From NCBI RefSeq assembly GCF_036321535.1, contig NC_087466.1, positions 15,810,001 through 15,874,000 on the forward strand: 64,000 nt of DNA. Direction: 5' to 3'. Shown one piece after another: positions 1-12,700 of this stretch. The position numbers and the translations under genes are program-made. The stretch comes from Camelus dromedarius (Eukaryota). The notes beneath the pieces are model-generated. The model saw only the letters and a program-made list of their open reading frames with translations. It was not told where the DNA came from and did no database searches. Every line of letters starts with the position of its first letter. Within the stretch, counting starts at the first letter, position 1.

Positions 1-969
1 CGGGCTCTGCCCAGAGCCTGTGGCTGCAGCTCTGTAAGACAGCCGGCCTTTTCCTCCTGCTCCCTGCTTCCTCTACCCTCCCTTCGACCGACCCTGTTAG
101 ACACGCCCTGTCTGTCCTCCCACCTGTCTGGTGGCTAGGAGCCTTGGTTTCTCCTAGAAATGTCCAGCCCAGCTCTTTCCACTCTCCAAAGGAAGATGGG
201 TCCCACCTTCACCTGCGAGTCTTTGGAGTAGGTGCTAATGGGAGAAACAGAGGCAGGAGGAGAAGGTACCCAGTTCCTTCTTATAGCCCACTCTCATTTC
301 CGGCATCGAGCCTCATCCTTCCTGGGTCCTTCCTGCCCCTCAGATCTGTAAACCACACTTGGTGTTGGCTTTGCCACTTATTAACTAGGCCATCATGAGC
401 CAGTGACTTTGCCTCCCAGAGCCTCAGTTTCCTCATCTATAAAATAGGTTGATAATAATAGTACCTATCACAAAGGATTGAAATGCGGATGGAATGAGAG
501 CTGGCATCTAATACACCTAACTCATCAGTCACTACTGGCAATCCAGACCTTGACATCAGCCCTAGGGGAGAGCACCCTCTATGTATCAGCCTAATGCTGA
601 GTCCTTTTATACGGCATTAGCCCATTTTGCCTTTCAGCTGTCCCAGGAGATAATGATCACTATCACTCCCATTTTACAGATGAAGAAACTAAGGCTAAAA
701 GGAGCTAAACTATTTGCCCAGGATCCACCCCTAGCTGGCCTGTTCCCTTAACTGGTATTCTGCACTTTGGCATGTGGCCACTGACCATGCAGAAGGTGAG
801 CTTGGTCGGTACAAAAATGTTCACATAAACATAAACATGTGATAGTTATATATTTAATGTGCAGGAGAAAAAAAAACCCTAGCATTTCAAGTCTATACAT
901 TCACAAATACTATTGCTTAGGTTAAATATATTTAAGTCCATGCAATGACTAGTACAAGTCTGGTCCTAG

Positions 970-1430
970 CAACTTGATTCGTAGTAGCCCCAAACTAGAA
1001 ACAGCTGAGACATCCATCAATGGGAGACTGGATGAAAAAACCGTGGTATAGCCACATGATGGAATAAATTCTAATCCAAGCCATGACGTGGTCGATGCAC
1101 ACAGTCAGAATATTGGATGAAAGAGGCCAGGCTCAAGAGAGTACATAGTCTACAATTCCATTTATATGAAGTTCAAGAATAACTAAAATGAATCTATGTT
1201 GACAGAAGTCAGATTGGAGGCTGCCAACTGGGGAGGGCCTTAAAAGGGAAGCGATCCAAGAGAACCCTAGAAGGTGAAGGAAATACATGATATCTTGGGC
1301 TGGTGTGGTCACATGGGTGTCTATGTAGGTAAATATGCATCTGGAGGTACATTTAGTATTTATTCAAGTTGAAATATGCAATGTATGCATCAGTAAGTCA
1401 TTGTTAACAATTTAACTTTAAAATAAATTC
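970..1430 (+). mobile_element. Old L1M (L1MD/ME-type) 3' fragment
   Basis: gtagccccaaactagaaac...tccatcaatggg...ttccatttatatgaagttcaag...aaaatgaatctatg. Confidence 0.7.
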
Positions 1431-1809
1431 ATTGAAAGAAAAATAATGAATAAATAGTAGTTCGGGGAATATACAGATATGGCAAAAAAAAAAAAAAAAA
1501 AAAAAAGCAAAAAAACTTCAGTGACTGAAGTTGGGAGAAGTATCAGCCTGAGTGCTGCGCGATAGAGTTTTATTCCACTTGCTTCTCTCATATGGTGCCA
1601 GATAAACATACAGGATGTCTTGTTATATTTGAATTTCAGATTTTAAAAAACCCAAATACTTCTAAAGTATTAATATGTCCCGTGCAGTATTTGGGGCATA
1701 CACTGATTTGTTTTTTTCTGGGCTTTTATTTGTTTTTGTTTTTTTTTATCAGGAATTCGCATTTAACTGGGCATCCTGTATTTTTATTTGCTAAATCTGG
1801 CAACCCTAC

Positions 1810-2260
1810 TGTCTCGGGACCCCGCCCGGTCTCGCAGCCCCGGTGCCCACCGCAGGCGGGAGCGCCCTGCGNNNNNNNNNNNNNNNNNNNNNNNNNNNNN
1901 NNNNNNNNNNNNNNNNNNNNNNNNNNNNNNNNNNNNNNNNNNNNNNNNNNNNNNNNNNNNNNNNNNNNNNNNNNNNNNNNNNNNNNNNNNNNNNNNNNNN
2001 NNNNNNNNNNNNNNNNNNNNNNNNNNNCCTTCCATTGATTTCGGCCCTTTGTGGCTCGGACAACGGGGGCGCGGGAGGCGCCTCGCGGGGACGTGGCCCA
2101 TTCTCATTATGGGGAGAAGGCCGGCGAGAACCCCCGCCCCGCCAGCCCGCCCCACCGGTCCCCCTCCTGTGGGCTCCAGGCCTCAGGTCTGGGGGGGTCC
2201 GGGTCCCTTCAGGGGCACTGGGCAGGGCACAGGCTGGGGTCGGGCCAGGCCAAGGAAGGC
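1810..2260. promoter_or_regulatory. Orphan CpG island, candidate distal regulatory element
   Basis: CpG-dense, non-repeat and partly gapped; no coding exon found. Confidence 0.5.
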
Positions 2261-5200
2261 CCTGTAGTCCAGAAAGATCTGCAGCTGGCTAGTGGGGCCT
2301 GCCACCCGGATCCAGCCTCCTGAGGACCCCCCTAGTCTGCGCCGGCAGGCCTTCTCTGTCCCCCTGGTTACAGGCAGGCCTTGCGGTCTTTATTTTTTTC
2401 TATTTATTGAACAAATATTTCTTGAGCTTTTGCTTCAAGCTGTTCCCACTCTCCTGCCCCCAGGGCCACTTAAACTGGCCAACTCCTCCAAGTACCACCT
2501 CTCTGGGAAAGCATCCCTGACCCCTCTCCCAGCCCCAGGTTCAGTCCGGAGTCTCCCTCTCTCTGTGTGTGCCGCCCAGCTCTCTGACTCTTCAATCATG
2601 ATAGGAACAGCTAACAATTATTGAACACTTATTATGCTCGCTGTGCTAAGCATGTGACAATGCCCGTCTTCTTTCATCCTCACAGCAGCCATCTAGGTTG
2701 GAGCTGCTGTGACCTTCATTTTCCAGAAGTGGAAACTGGAGCTTGGAATGGTAAGGTGGCCACAGAAGGTCACACAGCTAGCAAGGAGCAGAGTGAAGAT
2801 TTGAACCCAAGCAGTAGATTCCAGAGCTGCTGCATCCTCACCACTATGCAAGCTCCAGGCTCTGTATGGGATTCATGACCGTGAACCAGCAGGCATATCT
2901 CCGGTGTCTCCCTTACCTCATCCGGACATTGACCGCACTGTCTTACTGTGTCTGTTTTCCCCACTAGACTGCCTGTGACCTCAGCACTCAACACAAATAA
3001 AGGTGCCCAAGGTATATTTGTTGATCTGCACTATTGGGTTTGAGAATATTTTGCTAGGCTCTGCGGGTGGGAAGTGGGAGGAAAACCTAAAGATGAATCT
3101 GATACAGTTTCTGCCCACAAAAGAGCTTGAAATCAGACACTATATAAGAAGGGTTGCAGGGCTCTGGAGTCTGGCGCATAGTTTTTTCCCCTTGTTTAAA
3201 AAAAAAAATCTAGTTCATTGAGATACAATTTACATGCAATAAAATGCATCCGTCTTAAGTGTCCAGTTCAATGAGCATTGGCAAGTGCACATACCCATAT
3301 AACTAGCATCCCTGTCAGATGTAAAACATTTCCATCTCCCCAAAAAGTTCCCCTGTGCCCCTTTGCAGTCAATGCCCGCCCTNNNNNNNNNNNNNNNNNN
3401 NNNNNNNNNNNNNNNNNNNNNNNNNNNNNNNNNNNNNNNNNNNNNNNNNNNNNNNNNNNNNNNNNNNNNNNNNNNNNNNNNNNNNNNNNNNNNNNNNNNN
3501 NNNNNNNNNNNNNNNNNNNNNNNNNNNNNNNNNNATTCAGCCACGCTGTGGAACAACCCCTCAGTTTCAAACCCCCTTTCTCCTGACCTCTCTGATCTTT
3601 TCTCTTCATCTATAATATGGGAGTGGATGCTGTCAGGGTTCGTTGGGAAACTATCTGCACAGTGCCCAGGACCTACGCATAGTAGGCGTACAATAAATGT
3701 TCTAGATTAGCATAGCTTTTCTGGTAGACGGCAAGCTCCGTGGCGCTGTAGGCACGGGACCTGCACACAGTAGGCATTCAATAAATGAATTCATTTCATT
3801 TCATTCATTCTTGATTCAATAAATGCTCTTGATCATAAACTTTCTCCTAGACTGTAAGCTCAATGAGGTCAGGGACCTTGTTACAGATGGCGAATCCAGA
3901 GTTTCAGAGAGGTATAGCAACTTGCCTAAGATCACACAGCTAGTAAGAGGCAGAGTTGGAATTGAACCCAGGCAGCCTGGTCCTGGGGTTCTTACTCCTT
4001 ACTATTATTGTTGTTGTTGTAAAATATATGGGGTCTTTACTCTTAATTACTGTACAAAATCCCCTCATATTTTTCTCCTCTCCTCCCATCTCTCTGAACC
4101 TTTTTGTCACCCCTCTCTTTACTGACCTCCCATGGAGGCAGCATGTCAAAAAGAACAACTGAACTACTCCTAATATATTTTTTTAAGTTTCTGTGCCAGG
4201 CAGTATTCTGAGCCCTTCACATGTATTGAACTCATGTATTTCTCCAACCATGCTGTCAGGTCAGTTCAGTGTTTCTCCCCATTTTACAGGTGAGGAAACT
4301 GTAAGCTGACTGTGATGCTGCAGTTTTGGAGTCAGGATGTCCTCCTTTTGAAGCCCAGCAGGGCCCCCCTCTCTGTGGAACTTGGGCAAGTCTCTTCCCT
4401 CACCAGCCTGTGTGTTCCCCCAGCCAGGCCTTCCCCAGAGCGCATCCCTGGCCTGCCATCTTTCTGGACACTTCTCCTTTCTGACCCCGCCGAACACTTT
4501 TCTCTTCCTGCCGATTCTAAGTGTCTTCCCCCAGTCCCTCCCTGGGCCTTGGCAAGCCCAGGCTACAATTTCAAAAGGAGTTGAGTTCCTTCTGGAAAGG
4601 GGCTGGGACTGAGGCCCCCCTCCCTCCTGTCTCTTCCTATAAATACCCCCTGTGTGCAGCACCCAGGGGCCTTGGGGAGCCAGGCTGCTGACCTGTAATT
4701 AGAAACTTTTCTCCCTTCCCCAGCTGACAGGAGGGAAGGCCCTGGTCTGGGCCAGCCATTTTGTTTGTCATGAATTATTCAGGAGATGGGAGTGGAGCTG
4801 AGAGGGCCCCTCTGCTGACCGGACATCAGACTAACCCCCTAGCTCTGCCCTTTCTCTGGTTCAGACCCAGAGAATAAACAACTTATGTACCAGTGCCTTT
4901 ACAGAGGGGGTTTTCATCAGACCTCGTGAAGAAGGTGTGTTCTTTAGCTGAGGTGCGGTGACAGGGACTTACCCAAGGTCACAGTGCAGGGAAGAGGACA
5001 GCTGAGCTGGAAGTCAAACCCAGGAGCGGTGCTGGATGGAGGAGGGGGAAAAGGCAGGAGGTGCTTCCCTTTCGTTCCTTGCCGCCCTTGCTAAATCTCT
5101 GGGGTGTTAAGAATGGAGATCATGCGAGAAAACTAACTTCCTGGAGCACCAGCTGGATGACAGGCAGGCATTATTTTGCATGCAGTGCAATTTTCACAAC

Positions 5201-5899
5201 CCTCTGAGGAAGGTGTTATTACACCCGTTTTATGGAGGCAGAAACTGAGGCTCAGAGAGGTGAAGGGAGTTTACTCGAGGACACATACAGCTGGTTAGTG
5301 GCAGAATGGGCTCAAACCTAGCACAGCCCTCCATGGCACACTCTTTTCCCACCACTCCTGATGGGAGGGAAGGCAGGAGCATCAAAGAATCTTGGCTCCT
5401 AAACCCACAGTGATCCTTGGATCCAAATTCCCTGTTGTCAAACCTCTCGGTATCCAAGGCACTGGATTCGTGGCACTGCTCCAGAAGTCCTTTGAGAATC
5501 ATGAATGACTCTAAATGAGCCTCAGAATGCTATCTGCCATCCCACATGGGTTAGCCTTTGCAAGGTAGCCCTTTAGAAGGTTCAGGGCTTCCTCTGTGGC
5601 TGAAGCTGGCAATTCTGAGATAGGCCAGCTCTAAATGGAGTTCCCAGAGCAGCTAAGAGCATAGGATTTGGAAAAGGACTGTCTGGTTCCAGTCCTTACT
5701 ATCTGTACAAACTTGGGCCAGTTCCTTAAACACCCTAAACATCAGTTTGCCTTTGGCAAAGTTAGATGATGCTAAGGAATAAATATGAAGAGTAAATATG
5801 ATAATGCATATAAAGCATTTAGCATAATGCCCAGTGCACAGTGAGTGCTCAATAAGATTTATTTATTATTATTATTCCTGATGACAGCCTCTCCTTAAG

Positions 5900-6505
5900 C
5901 TTGGCTAACAGAGAGGCAGGAACTTCCAGATGATGAACATATGTTTTCTTCTGGAAAGAGCACCCCAGTGTCCCTGGGGAACTCTCCCTCCACCAGTATC
6001 AGTCCCGGTGCCTTGGATGGGGCTTACTCCACCCCTGTGATCCAGTCTGGCTACAGGATTGGTTGAAAGATGGACATGTGACCCAATGAGAGCCAATAAG
6101 AGAGAACCCTGAGATTTTGGCTGGACAGAGGCAATCTTTTTTCCACTAGGAGGAGAAATCAAGCAGGGAGCTTCTGAGGGCCACCTTGTCACCCTGGGGA
6201 GGAGCATGTCTGCCAAAGAACAAAGCCATCAAGGAAAGCAGAGCCAAGACATGGCAAAGAAATTGAAACCTTTGTATGCCTGGATCTAGTTGTAAGCCAC
6301 TAAGTAATAATAATAATTATTATTTTTTAATTAATTTTTTAAATGGAGGTACTAGGGATTGAACCCAGGATCTCGTGCATGCTAAGCACATGCTCTACCA
6401 CTGAGCTATACCCTTCCCCCAATAATTATTAATTATTAAGTTTTTATCTGCAGCAGTTTGAGTTGGATTTTCTGTTGCTTACAACTGAGTTCTGATTAAG
6501 CATGC
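5900..6505. mobile_element. MLT1 (MaLR) solo LTR carrying a SINE insertion
   Basis: atgtgacccaatgagagccaat...gagttggattttctgttgcttacaac is MLT1-like. Confidence 0.65.
6323..6420 (-). mobile_element. tRNA-Ala-derived SINE (camelid Vic-1-like), short form
   Basis: GGGTATAGCTCAGTGGTAGAGC...CTTAGCATG...GGTTCAATCC...ACCTCCA plus A tail. 11-bp TSD aataattatta (6312-6322 / 6421-6431). Inserted in an MLT1 LTR. Confidence 0.9.
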
Positions 6506-7809
6506 TAATTATGTCCCCTCTCTCTGTATATAAATATACATATATATGCACACACACATATACACACATACATATCTTTGATTAAAATGACAGCATAAAT
6601 TGAAGACTCGCTTCTAATTATTACTTTTGTTTTACAAACTTAGGTCAAGAGGGAATGCCGAGTAAGACTTTAAGATTCACAACACCTAGGTACAAATTAT
6701 GGGCCTTTAACTCACTAAACTTATACTGTCATGGAGTCACAGACTTAGAGTCATGGCTTGNNNNNNNNNNNNNNNNNNNNNNNNNNNNNNNNNNNNNNNN
6801 NNNNNNNNNNNNNNNNNNNNNNNNNNNNNNNNNNNNNNNNNNNNNNNNNNNNNNNNNNNNNNNNNNNNNNNNNNNNNNNNNNNNNNNNNNNNNNNNNNNN
6901 NNNNNNNNNNNNNNNNNNNNNNNNNNNNNNNNNNNNNNNNNNNNNNNNNNNNNNNNNNNNNNNNNNNNNNNTTGACTATCTCAACTGTCTCACTTGTATT
7001 TCTTTCTACACAAACAGAAATGTCTGGGGCTTTTTTTCCCATGAAATCTGACCACCTGCGCATCCCTACATATTCTCTTGTGAGTAGGCAACACAAGAGA
7101 AAAACATGTAGGCGGCAAAATATCTGCATTGAACAGAGTTTACAGGACAAGTTGTCACAACCCAGAAGCTTCTAGGCCAAACAAGGAGGCAGCTGTGGGG
7201 TGGTAGGAAGAGCCCTGGAATCAGAGTGAGACCAACTTTTGAAATTTGACTTTGTCACTCACTTGCTGTGTGACCTGAGGCCAGTTACTTTATTTTGCTG
7301 AGCCTCAGTTTCCTCATCTATAAAATGGGCATGCTAGTACCTGCTTCATAAGGATGGACAACATAACTGCTAGACAAAGTCACTTTCCTCTGGAAAAGCA
7401 CTTCTCTATGTCCTTTCCTTGTCTGGTGTGGGTTCAAAATAATAACAAAATAGCATTATTGAGGATGTACCATGGGGTCAGCATGATTTCAGGTGGTATT
7501 CAGCCTTACAGCAAGTCCTATGAAGGAGCTACTGTTAGTAGACTCCCACTTCACAGCAGAGGAAGTAGAGGATCAGAGAGGGTAAGTTGCTGAAGTCACA
7601 CAGCTAAGAGGATGGGATCAGAACCCAACAGTTTAACTCCACTCCTTCTGTTCCCCATAACTTCGCGGCCCCTACCGAGGTAGCAGATACCAGCCGCTCC
7701 CACTGAAGGCCAGGCAGGGCCAAAGACTTGCAAATGGGAGCACACCACTCCCTGAGGGTGTGGTCAGGAATTTTATATACATACCACATGGTATATATAA
7801 GTCTTTATC

Positions 7810-8190
7810 CAACAGATCAGGTTCTGGGGGAGGCAGACTCAGAGATGGAGCTTAGCATGCAGAACTCCACTGGGGCTTGTTCTTGGGGCCAACACCTGTG
7901 GAAAGGAAAGGAAGGAAGCAGGAATGGGTAGAGGGAAGAGCCGGGCTGTACTGCACTCTCAGTGGAGGTCTCAGCCAACCCCATGGGGAGTTCCGAGGCT
8001 AAGGAGATCCAGCAGAGTTGTCCTGAGTCCAGATAAGGGGGCTGTGCATTTATCCCTGTGCTGATCAGTTCCAGGACCTGAGGTGCCCTGAGAAAGGGGC
8101 ATGACCTTGGTGCTGTGGCTCCCTTCAACTGTGAGGAAGCCACAGAGTGGACTCAGCCAACAGGTGTCAGCCACCAACACCAGGGAAGTG
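7810..8190. mobile_element. ERVL LTR fragment (LTR16-like)
   Basis: cagactcagagatggag...caacacctgtgg...gaagcagga...tcagccaaccccatgggg pattern. Confidence 0.5.
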
Positions 8191-8734
8191 CATGCCTCAG
8201 TCCTAAAGGGAGATTAGCACAGTGTACCAAGGCATCCGTTACACAGCCCCCCAGACCACAGCCAGGGGGACCATTCTCCCCTCTTCTCATCTCTGTACTC
8301 CAAACAAGGACCCAGAAAACAGTTATCAAGGAATAAGAACCTCAACTTTCCCTGACTTAGGTCTCCAAGCAAGGTATTCACTTTTGCCTCTGTATTCCAC
8401 GGCACCTTATTCAAACCTCAGGACCTTATACAGCACATCCTTGAGTAATATAAGTGGTGCTAACAGTGAGGAGCATTTGCCCAATAGCTATGAACCAGTT
8501 CTAAGTACCTTAAGTGGATTAACTCATTTAACAATGACAACAACACTAGGAAGTGAATATAATACTGTTATCTGTACTTTCTCAATGAAGAAACTAAGAC
8601 ACTGGAGGGGCGAGGCAATTTGCCTAAGGCCACACAGTTTGTGTGTAGTGGGGCCAGGATTCTACCTGGTGAGTCTGCTTCCAGAACTGAGTCTTAACCA
8701 ACAGATCTCTATAACTAGTGGTTAGTGTTAGCAT

Positions 8735-8887
8735 GGATGATGGGTATCCATGGATGGATGGATGGAGAGGAGGACTGGTAAATGAATGGACAAATCAGTG
8801 GATAAATGAATGCATGAATGGATGAGTGGAGAGTTAAATGGACAGACGGATGAGTACATGCATGGATGAATGGATGGATGGATGGAT
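8735..8887. repeat. Degenerate (TGGA/TGAA)n simple repeat
   Basis: Repeated tggatggatg / tgaatg units. Confidence 0.85.
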
Positions 8888-10379
8888 ATCCAGTGTCCTC
8901 GTGTTGGAATTTTCCATTCTACTAGTTGCTTCCCCATTACAGCAGCTGGGTCCACATGAGCAGGGAGTGAGTATAGCCCAGGCTTGAGCAAGGAAGAAAG
9001 ATCTAGATCTTCAGCTCCTGCAGCTCTGACCTTCAGCCAAGAGCTGATGGGACAATGTAACAGAAGGAGACCTCAGAGGCAATGGCAGAACCCCAGGCTT
9101 GCCGTCTCTGTGGCTGGGGAGAGCCTACCTCTCTGTGCTGCAGAAGCCTCATTTGTAAAATGCCGTGACTGGAACGTCTAGGCCAGACACCCCGCAATCC
9201 TTTGAAGTGGGAACTCAGACACTTAGTTCTCTTCCACCTGTGGGGACCAGCCAACTCCTAACTGACTTCTTCCAGGCACCATCTCCGCCTCCACCGCCTG
9301 TTTCTGTAGCCTTCCCCCAGAGTGCACTCCTTTTGAAAGCATTTTCCTTCTCTTCGATCACCTCTTTTCTGTTCATCTTAATACTTCATACTCCCAACCA
9401 TGGAATGGCCATGGCTGAACATGCACTGGGGTTGCCCGATTTCTTCCCTGTCTGGGCATGTGGGTGCTTAACTGCTATTTCCTTTTTTTTTTTTTTTTTT
9501 ATGACTGACAGGCAGCACCCAGCCCTGGAGGGGAGATGCACAGCTGGGGCTGTGGTTCTGAGAGAATCTGAGTCTCGCTGGAACCCAAAAGCCCCACAGG
9601 AAGATTTTCTAAGGCAAAGAATTTTGGAACTCCTACAGACCTAACTCCCTGGATTAGCGCCCTGTGAGCAGACAATGGAGCAGAGTGGGAAAGAGACCAG
9701 CAATCTGGGCTAGGCTCTTTCTCTGACTTTGGGCAGTTCACATCCTTTTTCTCCCTCAGGATTTTTTGTTTTTGTTTTTGTTTTATTAATCTGTAAAATG
9801 AGAGCTTGGTCAGCCTACAAATTCATGCAAAGGGTATCAGATTACCTGGTTCAAACCTCAGCCACACCATTCACCAGCTACGTGATCTTGGGAATGACAC
9901 TTCCCTCTCTAAGCCTCAGTTTCCTTTTCTGTAAAATGGGGATGGTAAGACTACCCACCTCATAGGGTCTTGTGAGAAGTAAATGAGATAATGCATGTAA
10001 AGTGTGAAGCACAAAGTAAATGCTTAGTAATTGGTGGCAGCAGCAGCAGCTGCAATGTTAAAGAGAAAGAAAGGGGATGGCAGGCAGCAGACAGGCACAT
10101 TATACATATTTAAATTCTAGGTGTTCCCACCCAATCTGGCCAAGCTGAACACCCCTCCCCTCTAGAATGCCGGTGCCCAGCCATACACAATGAAATGCAC
10201 AGGACATTTCATAGACTGTGAGTGGGGAATGTAAGGAAGGGTAACACCTGAGAAATGATTTGACAATGCTTTTGAAGGGCCCGAAAAATGGTATTGCCTT
10301 TAGCTCAGTAACTCCACTGCTGAGATACAAGGACATTACTTGACATAGAAGAAAAAAATATAAGTATAAAGTGTTCATC

Positions 10380-11960
10380 TGAGTTGTTTATAATCACAAA
10401 AACTTGGAAACAACTTAGTGGCCATTAAGAGGCAAATGTCTGAGTGAAGGATATTTTGTAACTATTAAAATTATATACACAAGTCATTTATAATAACATA
10501 GAAAAGCATATAAAAATAAGCTAATGAATAAAAGGAAAACACAGATTTATACAGATGGAAGGAATGGTGTAAAAAAAACGAAAATCAACTCCCCAAAGAA
10601 AATGTGGCAGAGAAGCATTCAAAGTTTATACACTAAAATGTAAACAGTGGTTATTTCTGAATAGTAGGGTTTGACTACTATTTATTTCCCAACTTTTCTA
10701 CAAATATATTCTTTGTGTTTATTTTTCCATTAGTATATTTTGTAAAGTTAAAAAAAATTTAGAAATAAATCTAGGAGGAAATAAACCAAAATGTTAACAG
10801 TGGTCGTCTTTGGATGGTATAGAGGATTATATTTTCTTTAATCGACAGTGTATTTATTTAATGAAATTTGTGTTCATTTAGTGAATATTGTATTTTCTTT
10901 AATGAACATATATTAGAATTATGCATAGCTAAACGATATTTTTATTAACTAGTTTGTTTTAAATTATAACATATGCTCACATTAAAAGAAAAATTCAGTC
11001 AGCACATAAAGGTATAAGGTGAAAGTAAAAGCTCTTGGACCCCGCTTTATCCCTTAGTCCTTCTCTCCGAAAGTAACTGTTATCAGTTTCATATGTGTTT
11101 TTCCAGAAATTTTCTGTGCATATACACTTAGATATGATTATCCATTTAAAAATATATTTAGAGATAGAGAGAGATTTAGAAAATTGAAGTGATTCTGAAA
11201 CTTCTTTGTTATTCAATGTAGTCAAGATTTCTGGGTACCTTTGTGTATGTGTGATATTCTGGTATAACGTCCACAAAACATTCCACTGTAATGTGACATG
11301 ATAATTTACTTAATTAATTCCTTACTGATGACGATCACGGCTGGCGATGAACTTCAAGGGTATTGCTAACTTTTGCTTCTATAAACACTGCTGCGTTAAG
11401 CATATCTGTTCGTGCTATGTAACTTTTTCTGACTCCTATGAGTATATATGTAGAATAGAACTTTAGATGTGGAATTGCTAGGGCCCAGGGATTTGTGTAT
11501 TTTAAATTTCAAGATATTGCCATCCAAATATAAATATATTTATAACATTTAAATACATCTTATATATTAATACCTAAATATATTATATATTTATATAACA
11601 TAATGTATTTAAATATATACTTAAACATAAAATGTAGTTTATATAAATTGTACATAAACATATATTTATATAATTTTCAATATATAATACACATATATAA
11701 AACACATGAAGAGAAAAGACAAATGGAAGAAGACCTCAATATGTTAAGTTGTGCCAAAACGGTTTGTGCAGTATAAGTTACAAAATCAACAAAAATCAAA
11801 TGGAAAAACTTGGTGCAGAAATGAATCGTCAAAGGCTATATACCTAAACGTTAAAAGTGACTTTCTTTGGATGGGGTCATGGGTAGTTCTTAAGTTTTCT
11901 CAGTGTTTCACACTGAATAGGAATTTTTCTAATCAGAAAACAGTATCACAGATATTATGA
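10380..11960. mobile_element. Cluster of decayed L1ME-type fragments in both orientations, with AT-rich low-complexity tract 11520-11700
   Basis: aaatgttaacagtggt motifs and gtggaattgctaggg; very AT-rich. Confidence 0.5.
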
Positions 11961-12199
11961 ACAGTATCTCTCTTTTTTTAACTACAAAAGGCAATACATA
12001 GTCATTGTAATAAGCCAAAAATAAAGAAACGTGTTAGGAAAAAAATGTTAATAATGTCCATGTCCTCACCTCCGAAATCATTCCCTGAGGTTAACAGTGT
12101 TCAGGGCCTGGTGAGAATACTTCCATACTTCTTTCTAGAGCATGTTATTTTTACACCGGAAAAGAAAGAATGAATGAAAGACTCAAAAAAAATCTTTTT

Positions 12200-12700
12200 T
12201 TCGTTAAGACCTCCGCTGCCCTCTCGCAGACGATGCCTCCCTACCACCCACTCTACCAAACTGTGTGCCCTCTTTCCAGGTCCAAACATCTTGCCCTCAA
12301 AGAAACCCTCCTCAGAGGCACCTGCGCCTCTGCCTTGGCCCAAGTTCAGCAGAAATAAAGGCCCAGGCGGCCCCCGGCCCAGCCCCGCCGGCCCCGGGCC
12401 CGGGCGGGCCAGCTCCCCAGCCGGGGCAGCCAGGGGCCCGGCCCCGGCCCCGGCCCCGGCCCGCGCGGGGCTCCCGGCGAGGCCTCCCTCCCACGTGGGT
12501 GGAGCCTGCGCTCGGCCTCCCTCCCGCCCGCTTTCTCTAGGAGTAATTAAGAGTGAAATCCTCCTCCTGGTGACCTCGGTGCTCCGGGCCCGGGCTGATT
12601 TACACATGAAAGGTCTGCGGAGGGCCTGGGCTTTCTCCTTTTCACATTCACAATGAGGCGCGGCCTATAAATAAAACCTCTCTGAGAAACAAGAGGCNNN
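12200..12700. promoter_or_regulatory. Orphan CpG island with motif cluster and TATA-like box
   Basis: CpG-dense. E-box 12492, TAATTA 12544, TGATTTAC 12596, ACAAT 12650, TATAAATAAA 12666. Confidence 0.55.

Noticed and set aside
6344-6420. tRNA-Ala(AGC) genes at this and the six similar loci
   Set aside because: Mismatched acceptor stems, A-rich tails and TSDs identify them as SINEs, not tRNA genes.
8222-8725. 167-aa Ser/Thr-rich ORF
   Set aside because: Runs through MIR-like fragments; no family similarity.
12101-12656. Overlapping Pro/Gly/Ala/Arg-rich ORFs in the CpG island (also at 1.8-2.3 kb and 47.2-48.3 kb)
   Set aside because: Stop-poor GC-rich sequence yields ORFs in all frames. ORFs that span N runs are artefacts.
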